A stretch of DNA of 64,000 bases from Alphaproteobacteria bacterium. Its GTDB lineage: Bacteria; Pseudomonadota; Alphaproteobacteria; SP197. Of the stretch, positions 33,336 to 44,158 are shown one piece after another. Location: NCBI GenBank assembly GCA_965207785.1, contig CBDBNO010000012.1:99293-163292 (forward strand). Reading direction: 5' to 3'. The stretch's first letter is position 1. Every line of letters begins with the position of its first letter. The notes under the pieces are model-generated. The model searched no databases and was not told the DNA's origin. It was given only the letters and a program-made list of their open reading frames with translations. A program made the position numbers and the translations under genes.

Positions 33336-34373
33336 TCAGCCCCTCCGGAAGAGGCGGGCAAGGGCCTGGCGGTTCATGTTGCGGGCCAGGGTGACGACGA
33401 TTCCGTCAGGGAAAAAGAGCATCACAGCCACCAGCAACCCCCCTATGATCACCAGGGCGTACTGGTTCCCGGCCGACGACAGCGAATACGTGATCCAGTT
33501 GAGGGCATAGGCCGAAATGGCAACTGCCAGCAGCTTGCTTCGTCCTCCCACCGCAACCCAGATCACCGGCAGCGCTGCCTGCACCAGTCCGAGCTGGGAA
33601 GGTGTGATGTAGTTGCCCCACTGGACATAGAGGAGGCCCGACAGCCCGGCGAGCACGCCGGCGATGACAAAGACCGCGAGTTGGCGCGCACGTATGTCGT
33701 AGCCCAGGAGTTCGGTGCGCAACGGGTCCTCGCGCATGGCCAGCATGACCTTGCCGTGATGCGAATTGACCAGAGCCCGGCAACCCAGGTAGCTCACGAG
33801 CACCACCAGCACGACGTAGTAGTAGAAGGAGTAGCCAAAGAACGTCAGGTCGCCCAGCTGGAACCAGGGAATGCCTGTCATGCCGTTGTAGCCGCCAAGC
33901 TGCACGCTTCCCACGCGCCACTGGTATCCGGCCGTCTGGCCGAGAAAGGTCTCGAGAAGAAGGGCCAGCACCAGCGTCAGTATGGGAACGATCCACCGCT
34001 GGACCCGGGCATAGAACATGAAGTATCCGAAAATGGCCGAAACCACGGCACAGGCCGCCAGTCCGCCGACCTCACCAAGCAGGGGGCCCCAGGGATCGCC
34101 GCGCATGTTCCCGGCGATAATACCGTAGAGATAACCGGCAATGCCGAAGTAGGCGACCTGGCCAAAACTCAGAACGCCGCAGTATCCCCACAACAGGCAC
34201 AGACCCAGCGCCATGGGCAGATTGAGCAGATAGTAGGAGACGTTGGACGCCTCGAACTCGCTCATCCACAGCGGACCGGCAAGGAAGTTGACGACAAGGA
34301 GCACGAAGACTGCCCAGAACAGTCGGGACTGCCCGATGTCTTCAGGTCCGGTCAAGAGGGCAAGATACTTCAT
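33336..34373 (-). CDS. urea/amide ABC transporter permease (UrtC-like)
   Basis: LLWGYCGVLSFGQ, LGGYNGMT, WVAVGGR. Confidence 0.88.
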   Translation of the reverse strand: MKYLALLTGPEDIGQSRLFWAVFVLLVVNFLAGPLWMSEFEASNVSYYLLNLPMALGLCLLWGYCGVLSFGQVAYFGIAGYLYGIIAGNMRGDPWGPLLGEVGGLAACAVVSAIFGYFMFYARVQRWIVPILTLVLALLLETFLGQTAGYQWRVGSVQLGGYNGMTGIPWFQLGDLTFFGYSFYYYVVLVVLVSYLGCRALVNSHHGKVMLAMREDPLRTELLGYDIRARQLAVFVIAGVLAGLSGLLYVQWGNYITPSQLGLVQAALPVIWVAVGGRSKLLAVAISAYALNWITYSLSSAGNQYALVIIGGLLVAVMLFFPDGIVVTLARNMNRQALARLFRRG

Positions 34374-34385
34374 CGCCGGACTCGT

Positions 34386-35291
34386 TCAGTGTAACTGGGC
34401 ACGCCGGTCAGACCAGCGCTGCAGGGCAGCGGACACCCCGTTTGGCATCAGCCGGATGATAATGAGCGCCGCCAGCAGAAGGGCCACGAGTCCGAGAAAC
34501 GCGCCGAGATAAAATCCGACCGGAGTGCGGACGAGGGACAACAGAACACTGCTCCCTACGGCACCGGCAATCACGTTGGCCGCACCACCAACCACGACGG
34601 TGATGAAGGCGGGCGCCACGAACTGCTGGCCCATGAACGGCATGATCGATGCGGTGGGAGCGAGCAACGCGCCGCTGAAACCCGCAAGTCCGGCGCCAAG
34701 ACTGAATGTCAGCATGTAGACGCGCCCGGTGTTGACGCCCAGTGCGCTGGCCATGGCGGCATCCTGCATGGTGGCGCGGGCATGAAGGCCGAAGGTGGTG
34801 CGGTTGTAGAGCCAGGCGAGCGCCATAACGACAGCAATGGAAACCGCGATGAGGATCAGCCAGTACACCGACAGGGAGTAGGCTCCGACATCGAGGGATC
34901 CGCCCGGGATGGGGATGGAGGGAAGAAACGGGCCAAACACCATCAGGGTGCCCTGACTCAACAGCAGGCTGATGCCCCAGGTCACGACCAGCGCGCTGAG
35001 CTCACGACCATAGAATCGCCGCACGACCAGGCGTTCGAACACGGCGCCCACGAAGCCGACGACGAGAAAGGACACGGCGACGCACAGCGGAAACGGCAGG
35101 CCCGCCTGGTAGCTGAGCGACGCCGTGTAGGCGCCCATCATCATCAACTCGCCATGGGCGAGGTTGATGATGTTCATCATGCCCAGAATGACGATCAGTC
35201 CGAGCGCGCACAACAACAGGAATGCCGCATTGGTCCCGAACTGATAGGCAACACTGATGACGAGGCTGAATTCCTCCACCGGAATGCTCAC
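34386..35291 (-). CDS. urea/amide ABC transporter permease (UrtB-like)
   Basis: ALGLIVILGMMNIINLAHGELMMMGAY, LVVTWGISL, AFITVVVGG. Confidence 0.88.
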   Translation of the reverse strand: MSIPVEEFSLVISVAYQFGTNAAFLLLCALGLIVILGMMNIINLAHGELMMMGAYTASLSYQAGLPFPLCVAVSFLVVGFVGAVFERLVVRRFYGRELSALVVTWGISLLLSQGTLMVFGPFLPSIPIPGGSLDVGAYSLSVYWLILIAVSIAVVMALAWLYNRTTFGLHARATMQDAAMASALGVNTGRVYMLTFSLGAGLAGFSGALLAPTASIMPFMGQQFVAPAFITVVVGGAANVIAGAVGSSVLLSLVRTPVGFYLGAFLGLVALLLAALIIIRLMPNGVSAALQRWSDRRAQLH

Positions 35292-35364
35292 CCAGGTGAC
35301 GAATACATGAACAGGTTCCGCCAGGTGGACCCGGAGGTCGCCTGGCGGAACCTGACTGAAAGGA

Positions 35365-36879
35365 TCATCCGAACATCGAGAAGAATGGATCTTCGTCGGG
35401 CACGTACTGCTTGTACTCCGGATTGCGCACGAGGTTCACGCCAAGGCGCTGGAGCCACCATGCCTGGATCATCGGCCATTCGCGTACGAAGAAGACATCG
35501 TGATTCTCGTCACACACTGCCAGGCGGATGTAGTGGGCGCAGTGATGGGTCCCCGGTTCGAGGAAGACCGCACCTTCCGGCGCCTCGATGGCCCATCCCA
35601 GTTCCAGCGCCCTCTTGACGGTCTCCTGGTCGGTGGTTCCGGCAAGACGGGCCGCCTGGGCGTACATGTGCACCGTGAAGTAGGTGTTCTGCGCCATTTC
35701 GCCGATGTACTCGTCCTCCGGGAACATATCCATCCACCGCTTGACGAAGGCCCGGTTACGGGCGGTCGGCACCTCGAGCTGGTACTGGATGGCGTTGTGC
35801 ATCTGGTTCAGGGATGGCGGGGGGAACCGCTTGTGTTCATAGCCCTGCGCCATGTTGACCGTCGACGCCATCGGATAGCTCAGTCCGGCGGCCGCTGCCT
35901 GCGGATAGTAGTTGTGGTGGTTCTGACCCACCAGGAGGGTCATGACCCAGTCCGGCTTGGCCTGCTGGATGCGGGCGATCACCTGACTGAATTCGGACAC
36001 GGACAGCGGAATGAATTCCTCACCGATGATCTCGCCGCCAACAAGCGGAGCGAAGGCCTTGGTCCAGGCTGCGGTGAGCTGGCCGAAATTGTAGTCCGCC
36101 GCGATCGTGTAGCAGCGTGGTCCGAACTTCTCGACCATGTACTGCACGACGGGAATGACCTGCTGCTCGCAGACCGGCCCGGTGCAGAACGTGTTGGCAT
36201 CGGCCACACCACCCTCGTACTGGTTGGTGTAGAAGTAGAGCTGGTTGAACTGGTCGACGATCGGCCTGATCGCCTCGCGCTCGGCGCTGGCAAAACCGGC
36301 AACGAGGACATCGACCTCGTCTTCCTGGATCAGCCGGCGGGTCAGCTGCTGCCACAGCGCATTGTTGCTCTGGCCATCGACCGACACCAGGTCGACCTCG
36401 CGGCCGAGAATGCCCTGATCGCCCGAGTCGACGAAGACATCGTCGTCCTCGACGAAGACTGTCGCGTCACCGGACATATCGCCGCCGGCATTGACGATAT
36501 CGAGCGCCACGCCCTCCTTGCTGATGGTCGGCGCGTTGGCTGCATAGGATGCAATTGGTCCGTAACCGCCGGTGCCGATGTTGGCGCCGCCCTTGAGGGT
36601 CTTGCCTTCGTTGATTTCCTTCACGGCCAGCTGCGCGGCGTGCAGTTTCTGAATGCCATAGACGGACAGGTTGCCTGATTCGTCCTCAATGAAGCCGATC
36701 TTGACGGGACTGCCGTCCTGCGCCTTCGCCTTCTTGAGATTGGGCAGCACGGTTGCCGCCGACACGGCTGCAGCAGTGCCTGTGAGAAAGTCGCGCCGGC
36801 CTACGCTGAATCCGGTGTCTTCTGTCGCTGGTGTTGTCGCGTCCTGCGGGACCTCCGCTTGACTGTCACGTTTACTCAT
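35365..36879 (-). CDS. urea/amide ABC transporter substrate-binding protein (UrtA/AmiC-like), Tat-exported
   Basis: GRRDFL twin-arginine signal; AGFASAEREAIRP, LYFYTNQYEGGV, IAADYNFGQ. Confidence 0.9.
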   Translation of the reverse strand: MSKRDSQAEVPQDATTPATEDTGFSVGRRDFLTGTAAAVSAATVLPNLKKAKAQDGSPVKIGFIEDESGNLSVYGIQKLHAAQLAVKEINEGKTLKGGANIGTGGYGPIASYAANAPTISKEGVALDIVNAGGDMSGDATVFVEDDDVFVDSGDQGILGREVDLVSVDGQSNNALWQQLTRRLIQEDEVDVLVAGFASAEREAIRPIVDQFNQLYFYTNQYEGGVADANTFCTGPVCEQQVIPVVQYMVEKFGPRCYTIAADYNFGQLTAAWTKAFAPLVGGEIIGEEFIPLSVSEFSQVIARIQQAKPDWVMTLLVGQNHHNYYPQAAAAGLSYPMASTVNMAQGYEHKRFPPPSLNQMHNAIQYQLEVPTARNRAFVKRWMDMFPEDEYIGEMAQNTYFTVHMYAQAARLAGTTDQETVKRALELGWAIEAPEGAVFLEPGTHHCAHYIRLAVCDENHDVFFVREWPMIQAWWLQRLGVNLVRNPEYKQYVPDEDPFFSMFG

Positions 36880-37219
36880 TGTTCCTCCTCGTCTGAATCA
36901 GGGGCCCATCAACTTGGCGTCGATGGCGAGAACCTCCTGACGACTCGATTGAATACAATTTCCGGAAGGTCGGCAAGCAAACAAACCCGCCACATCTCCT
37001 GCCGCGTACTACCGAACGGCAGACGGTCTCGCACTGCCTACCATGGCACCGGGGAATGGTGCGTTCATCTCATGTGTCTCGGACAATGCACCCGACAGGC
37101 GCCGACGCCGGAGACGCTGGTGGCGATGTTGAGCCAGGACTGGCACCATTCCTGGACCGAGTCGGCGCCATGCCCGTGGTCCCGGCGGCCAGATGAGCGT
37201 GTTCACCAGGCGACGTGAA

Positions 37220-37744
37220 ATGTCAAAGTACCGGCCCCTGTTGAAGTGGGGTGTTCCAACCGCCATCTTGGTGATGCTGATCATCGTAGTGGCGGCCGCG
37301 CTCGCCACCCGCAAGTCCTTCCTTGTCGAGATCTGGATCCCCGCTCCGCCCGAGGCGGTATGGGCAGTCTTGGTCGACACGCCGTCCTACCCGCAATGGA
37401 ATCCCGTCTTTGTCGAGGTGGACGGCGCCTATGCGGCGGGGAAGACGGTCGTGAACAGGGTGCGTGAACCAGGTGGCGCCATTCTGGAGATGACGGCGAC
37501 CGTTGACACCCTTCTCCCAGGTGCGGAGTTGCGCCAGTCCGGGGGCGTCCCCGGCATTCTGACCTTCGACCATCGCTGGCTGCTGGAACCCGCGGATGAC
37601 GGAACGAAGGTGATTCAACATGAAGTGGACCGCGGCGTCGGCCTTTGGTTCTGGAACTCGGACTGGATCGAGCCAGCCTATGCGGCCACCAACAAGGCGT
37701 TGGCAGAAAGAGTGCTGTCTGTGATCGCAGAGCCGGACAAATGA
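37220..37744 (+). CDS. SRPBCC/polyketide cyclase-like family protein with an N-terminal membrane anchor
   Basis: EIWIPAPPEAVWAVLVDTPSYPQWNP...GTKVIQHE. Confidence 0.82.
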   Translation: MSKYRPLLKWGVPTAILVMLIIVVAAALATRKSFLVEIWIPAPPEAVWAVLVDTPSYPQWNPVFVEVDGAYAAGKTVVNRVREPGGAILEMTATVDTLLPGAELRQSGGVPGILTFDHRWLLEPADDGTKVIQHEVDRGVGLWFWNSDWIEPAYAATNKALAERVLSVIAEPDK

Positions 37745-37974
37745 GGCAGTTTTACATCCCATCGGACGCACCGGCGCCGAGCGCTCCCTTCAGCCTGTCA
37801 TGCGGGCCACCGGAAAAATCGACTGCAGCATCTCGGCGAGGCGGGCTAGGCAATCGACTTTGCTGAACTGCAGGGTGCTGAACCGTCTGGCCGCCGCCGC
37901 CTCGTTGTCGCTTGTCTTCGGAACCACCCTTGCCGGCAATCCGTCGTGTGATGCCGGCGAAAGGAACCACCTTC

Positions 37975-39141
37975 TCAGAGCATTGAGCGGGCGACCCAGC
38001 GGTGGAAGCATTGCGAGGGGCCTTCGAGGACAGGCGTGAAGACGCCGCCTGAAAATCCCGGCGAGGCGCGCCCCTCCTGCATGCCCTGAACAGCATCCAC
38101 GTCCTCCTGGAACACCTCGCGCCAGGTCTCGCGGACCGTCACCCTCAGGTCGGCGTGAGCGGGTCCGGCGGCGTCCGTGCCCACGTAGTAGGTATCCAAG
38201 ATCTCGCGGCAGCGTCCCGGCCCGTCGGGCAGCACGCGGACCGCCCAGAAGTGGTCGTAGTGAATGCCGAGCATGACGTTGGGATAGAGCGCCACGTACT
38301 CGGCGCGAGTCTGCCAGGGTTCGGGCAGATCCGGAAAACGCGACAGCTGATGACCGTTGCGGTCGGGCTGGTAGACGAGGCTCACCTGCCCCGAGAAGGT
38401 CTCCTCCTCGATGTTGAGGTGATCCTCCAGGCGTGAGTAGGAACTGAGTCCGGGGTGCACCATCGGGAGATGGTAGGCCTCGCAGAAGTTCTCGATGGCC
38501 AGTTTCCAGTTGGCCTGGAGATCAAAGGTCAGGATCGAGTCTTCGCCGCCATGGCAGAGAAGCGACTCATCGAAGCAGGACCAGCGGTCCGCGAGCGGGC
38601 GGATGAAGTCGGCAAAGTCAGCGGCATCGCCGGAGAGGTTGATGAAGACCTGGTCGAACCACACAGCACTCGGCACCTCGTTGAGGCGGAAGTGCTGCCG
38701 GTCGAACCCTACGCATTCGTGCCTGCCCGGTCCGCCGATGTGGGGCGTGAGACGCAGGCTGCCCTCGAGACCGAAGGTCCAGTTGTGGTAGGGGCAAGTG
38801 AGGACCACGCCCGTCCTGCCGGGCTTGCCGACAAGCCGCATGCCCCGGTGCGGACAGACGTTGTGGAAGACACGGACCTGGCGGTCATGGCCGCGCACCA
38901 CGAAGAGTGGAACCCCGACGAGGTCCAGCGGCATGACATCGCCGGGCTCAGGCACATAGGACGCGGCCACAAGGCACACCCAGTTGCGCGACCACAGGCG
39001 GACCCTCTCGCTCTCGAACCACGACTGCGACACGTAGGCCTCGGCCGGAAGCGGCCTTGCCTCTCCATAGTCGAGGGCCACGCTTTCGAGTGCCTGCGGG
39101 CTGAAGTCCCGTGCCGAAGGGAAGAATGCTGTCCCGGTCAT
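37975..39141 (-). CDS. Rieske oxygenase alpha subunit (choline monooxygenase-like)
   Basis: NVCPHRG...CPYHNW; NWKLAIENFCEAYHLPMVHP; VFQED...MQEGRASPGF. Confidence 0.92.
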   Translation of the reverse strand: MTGTAFFPSARDFSPQALESVALDYGEARPLPAEAYVSQSWFESERVRLWSRNWVCLVAASYVPEPGDVMPLDLVGVPLFVVRGHDRQVRVFHNVCPHRGMRLVGKPGRTGVVLTCPYHNWTFGLEGSLRLTPHIGGPGRHECVGFDRQHFRLNEVPSAVWFDQVFINLSGDAADFADFIRPLADRWSCFDESLLCHGGEDSILTFDLQANWKLAIENFCEAYHLPMVHPGLSSYSRLEDHLNIEEETFSGQVSLVYQPDRNGHQLSRFPDLPEPWQTRAEYVALYPNVMLGIHYDHFWAVRVLPDGPGRCREILDTYYVGTDAAGPAHADLRVTVRETWREVFQEDVDAVQGMQEGRASPGFSGGVFTPVLEGPSQCFHRWVARSML

Positions 39142-39184
39142 GAGGCGGTCCTCCAAGGGCGTCGCGATCCTATCAACCCGGTTG

Positions 39185-40402
39185 TCACGCTGTCAGCGCC
39201 TGATTGACCAGCACCCTGAGCTGCTTGCGTATGGGATAGCATCCCGAGGGGATGAGCTGGGTCATGAACACCACCGCCATGTCCTCGAGCGGGTCAACCC
39301 AGAATGCGGTCGACGCCATGCCACCCCAGGCGAATTCGCCCGGCGAGGCCATGACCCCTGCGGCAGCCGGATCGAGCATCACCGACACGCCCAGTCCGAA
39401 CCCGACACCGGTGTAGCTGGTTTCGGCAAAGACCTCCTGCCCCATGGCCGCAAGGTCGCTGTCGTCGGGGAGATGATTGGTCGCCATGAACTCGACGGTG
39501 CGCCGCCCCAGAACACCGCGTCCTCCCTCCCGGAGCATGTCGGCGAACCTGAGGTAGTCATGCATGGTGGAAAGCAGACCACCACCTCCCGAACAACAGG
39601 TGACCGCGGCTGCAAAGCGGCTGTCCGCCGTACCGTCAACACGTCGGAAGCGGTTGTCGGATGTCCGCTCGTAACACGGCACGAAGCGGTCGACGCGATC
39701 CCTGGGAAGCTCGAAGAAGGTGTCGGTCATCCCCAAGGGCTCGAAGATCTCCTCGGCAAGGTAGCGATCAAACGGTCTGCCCGAGATGACCTCCACGAGA
39801 TGGCCGAGGACATCGATGGAAACACCATAGGTCCAGCGTGCTCCCGGGTGATGATCGAGCGGCAGATCGCCGAGCCGGGTGACGACCTCCTCGAGTGTTC
39901 CGGCCCGGGGGTCGAAGTCGACCCGGTTCTTCCGGTAGAGTTTCGCCAGTTCGTCAGTGCCGTTGAAACTGTAGGTGAACCCGGACGTGTGACAGAAGAG
40001 ATCGCGGATGGTGATCGGCCGGCTGGCGGGCTCGAGATGCATGCCGTAGGGAGTCTCGCCCGTCCGCACGGACATGTCGGCCAGTTGCGGAATGTAGGCT
40101 TCGACCGGATCCTCGAGCCCAAAGAGGCCCTGCTCATAGAGCGTGAGGGCGGCCACCGCGGTCACCGGCTTGGACATCGAGTAGATGCGGCAGATGGCAT
40201 CGGGAAAGATGGCCCGTCCGGCCTCCGCATCGGCAAGGCCGGCAGCCTCCCGGTAGACGAGGGCACCTTCCCGGACGATTGCGGTCATGGCCCAGGGAAG
40301 CCTGCCCTCGTCGACATAGCGCTTCATCCAGTCGCCGATACGTTCAAGCCTCATCGATGAAAGACCTGCCGTCTCCGGTTCGGCCCTGTGGATGTCGGTC
40401 AT
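39185..40402 (-). CDS. serine hydrolase, beta-lactamase class C-like family
   Basis: YSMSKP (SxxK), HTSG, W-x-Y, GGGGLLST, FAWGGMAST. Confidence 0.92.
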   Translation of the reverse strand: MTDIHRAEPETAGLSSMRLERIGDWMKRYVDEGRLPWAMTAIVREGALVYREAAGLADAEAGRAIFPDAICRIYSMSKPVTAVAALTLYEQGLFGLEDPVEAYIPQLADMSVRTGETPYGMHLEPASRPITIRDLFCHTSGFTYSFNGTDELAKLYRKNRVDFDPRAGTLEEVVTRLGDLPLDHHPGARWTYGVSIDVLGHLVEVISGRPFDRYLAEEIFEPLGMTDTFFELPRDRVDRFVPCYERTSDNRFRRVDGTADSRFAAAVTCCSGGGGLLSTMHDYLRFADMLREGGRGVLGRRTVEFMATNHLPDDSDLAAMGQEVFAETSYTGVGFGLGVSVMLDPAAAGVMASPGEFAWGGMASTAFWVDPLEDMAVVFMTQLIPSGCYPIRKQLRVLVNQALTA

Positions 40403-40423
40403 GTCGGCCGCTCCTTCGCGATC

Positions 40424-40694
40424 TCAGCGGTAGATGGAGGCCCCGAACCGGGCCTTCTGCTCGGTCCAGGAGGGAAAATCGAGGACCACGATGCCATGGC
40501 GCTCGATGAGACGATCGACGCCGCCGCGCACCTTCTCGTGGTACTGCGGCAGCACGCCGGGATAGAGTTCGGCGCGGATTTCGCCTGGATCGAATGTCAG
40601 GCGGGCGGTGACTGCGGCGATGCCCGACGGGCTCATGACGGTGATCAGGCGCGAGGCGCCATGACTGAATCCCTTGAGCCCGAAGAGTGCCGCG

Positions 40695-40705
<11 letters not shown>
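40424..40705 (-). CDS. small hypothetical protein (93 aa)
   Basis: ATG 40705 with an upstream AGGA, overlapping the prfC end; fills the gap to the serine hydrolase. Confidence 0.55.
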
Positions 40706-42290
<1,585 letters not shown>

Positions 42291-42400
42291 GAAGACCCGG
42301 TGGTGCAATCAGACCCGATGTGTGCCGCCATCACGGCATTTTGTCCAGTTGCAAGAAACGCAATGTTTCACGACTTCGGGTGATGCCCTATCCTCGGCCC

Positions 42401-42850
42401 ATGAAGCGCATCGTCGTGATCCTTGCGGTTCTCTTCTCCATGGCGCCGGCGCTGGCAGGCGGCGTCACCGGCCTCCTTTCCGCCACCGACGTCAAGATCG
42501 AGGCCTACGTGAACCAGGGAAGGGCACTTGCCATCGCCCTTCTGCCGCCTCCCGACGTGACACTCTCCGGCACACTAGGTGTCGCCTTCGCCCCGGCGAA
42601 TGACAGCCAGCCATGGACGGGTGAACTGCCACGGGTGGTGACGGCGGACGCTGATTACTTCAATAGCCCGATTCTGGAAACATTCCCCTTCGACCGCGGC
42701 CGCCTTCGCCAGCCGGCTGCCCTTGCCGTCACCTTCGGCGCCTGTTTCAGCGAAGCCCGAATCTGCGTCCTCGAGGAAGCCCTGGTCACGATCAGCCCGG
42801 CCACGGACGGGGATGTGAATGTCGCCATCGTCCTGACCGGCGGACCATGA
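42401..42850 (+). CDS. exported protein, possibly with a DsbD N-terminal-like domain
   Basis: Signal peptide MKRIVVILAVLFSMAPALA; beta-rich; C-terminal GACFSEARICVLEE Cys pair. Confidence 0.6.
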   Translation: MKRIVVILAVLFSMAPALAGGVTGLLSATDVKIEAYVNQGRALAIALLPPPDVTLSGTLGVAFAPANDSQPWTGELPRVVTADADYFNSPILETFPFDRGRLRQPAALAVTFGACFSEARICVLEEALVTISPATDGDVNVAIVLTGGP

Positions 42851-43429
42851 TTGGCGGTTCATCCGGCAGAGTCCGGGATCCTTCGAGTGAGCTGCGACCC
42901 TCAGCCAAACCGGATGTACGGAAATGAAGACTCCTGTTCACCGGTACTGTTCGCTGAGAACGGAAATCAACGGTAATGAGTAGGCTCTCCATGTCGTCAG
43001 AACTCAGCCAGGCAATCCTGCTCGCCAAACCTCGACCTTCCCGAGAGGCGACGCCAACACGATCAGGAGAATGCTGAACTCTCTCTTCGATGGGGACTGG
43101 ACTCGGGTCGGGGACGGCGATCGGTGATCGAAGAGTAGCAGCCGCGCCAAGAGGAAATCGGGCGTCCGAGTAAGGCGGGAGTGAAGGCAGACTTGAGGGC
43201 TGAGGAGAGTTTCGGGGAAGCCGTGGACGCGATCGTCCAGCCCGTCCACATCCACTGCATCAATCGTCCAGGTCAGGTCGCCAGGCGGCGCTCGGCACTT
43301 TTCTGTATCATCCCCAAACGCGAGACAGACAGGCGGAACCCGCATTCGTAGGGAAAGAACACGGATGCGGATTCACGGGCCTGGAAGAGCCGAGATGAGG
43401 GTCAAACGATCAAAGTACAACGGTGGCCC

Positions 43430-44053
43430 TTACCAAGCTGCTGGCTTCCTGATGTTCGTCCCAGGGATCGGATCCGGAAGCTGCGAGTTCTGCAGGTAGC
43501 TGGATCGGATCGGGCGCAAGAAATCGGCGTGCGCCACGAGCTGTTGCGACAGCCGCCCGGTGCCCGGTTTCACCAGGCCTATGCGTTTCCCGTGACGGTG
43601 GCGCACAAGGCGCATGGCCTCCGCCAGGTCGCTGTCGTTGCTCATGATAACCGCGCAGTCATAGGCATCGAGCCCAGCGTCGTTCAGGAGATGCACCGCG
43701 AGATTGACGTCCGTGCCCTTTTCCTCGGTTTTGAAAACCTCAACCATGCGCTGATCGCCGATCGGCCGAACCAGCGGCATCCACACCCTATGGGTGAGAA
43801 AGTGGCCGAAGTGCACCTCGATCTCGGGCCGGGTGGCACGCAGCGCACGCAGATAGCTGTCCTGCCGATGCGGCTTCGTCGGGTCCCGGACTGTTTCCGA
43901 GACCTTCGCTGTGAAGTATCGAAGCGTCACGATCTGATGATGCGACTGGAGCACTCTTCCGGCCAGAGCGACCAGGTCCAACCACTTCCACGGCGTTTTT
44001 CTGAGCGCCCCGTAGTAGAGATTGAACCCGTCAACGTAAACGAATGTGCGCAT
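43430..44053 (-). CDS. NYN-domain (LabA/DUF88-like PIN fold) putative ribonuclease
   Basis: VYVDGFNLYY, RYFTA, EEKGTDVNLA, SNDSDL; acidic metal-binding residues intact. Confidence 0.92.
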   Translation of the reverse strand: MRTFVYVDGFNLYYGALRKTPWKWLDLVALAGRVLQSHHQIVTLRYFTAKVSETVRDPTKPHRQDSYLRALRATRPEIEVHFGHFLTHRVWMPLVRPIGDQRMVEVFKTEEKGTDVNLAVHLLNDAGLDAYDCAVIMSNDSDLAEAMRLVRHRHGKRIGLVKPGTGRLSQQLVAHADFLRPIRSSYLQNSQLPDPIPGTNIRKPAAW

Positions 44054-44064
44054 CGCAAGCCGCC

Positions 44065-44094
44065 AAAAAGCAGGGGCCGCCGAAGCGACCCCGC
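44065..44094 (-). terminator. intrinsic terminator directly upstream of the NYN gene
   Basis: Minus strand GCGGGGUCGC-UUCG-GCGGCCCCUGC-UUUUU: GC stem, cUUCGg loop, U tract, 11 nt before the ATG. Confidence 0.75.
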
Positions 44095-44125
44095 GCCCTG
44101 CAGTCGAAGCCACAGGGGTGACTGC
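44065..44125 (-). ncRNA. candidate ~60-nt structured leader / antitoxin-like RNA
   Basis: GCAGUCACCCCUGUGGCUUCGACUGCAGGGCGCGGGGUCGCUUCGGCGGCCCCUGCUUUUU between promoter and ORF; two hairpins or a pseudoknot plus terminator. Confidence 0.5.
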
Positions 44126-44129
44126 TCAA

Positions 44130-44158
44130 GATGTAGGTCCATTGCGAAGTGGTGTCAA
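44130..44158 (-). promoter_or_regulatory. sigma70-like promoter TTGACA-N17-TACATC
   Basis: Perfect -35 (44153-44158), 17-nt spacer, -10 TACATC (44130-44135) lacking T-7, which is common in alphaproteobacteria. Confidence 0.65.

Noticed and set aside
36975-36993. sigma54-like TGGC...TTGC upstream of the urtA-like gene
   Set aside because: GG-to-GC spacing is 11 nt, not the required 10.
37745-37974. Short ORFs between the SRPBCC and Rieske genes
   Set aside because: No motifs, RBS or coding-like composition; treated as a convergent intergenic region.
43430-44113. Longer NYN start at 44113 given by the ORF track
   Set aside because: The extension runs through the hairpins and terminator; the family-like N-terminus MRTFVYVDGFN begins at 44053.
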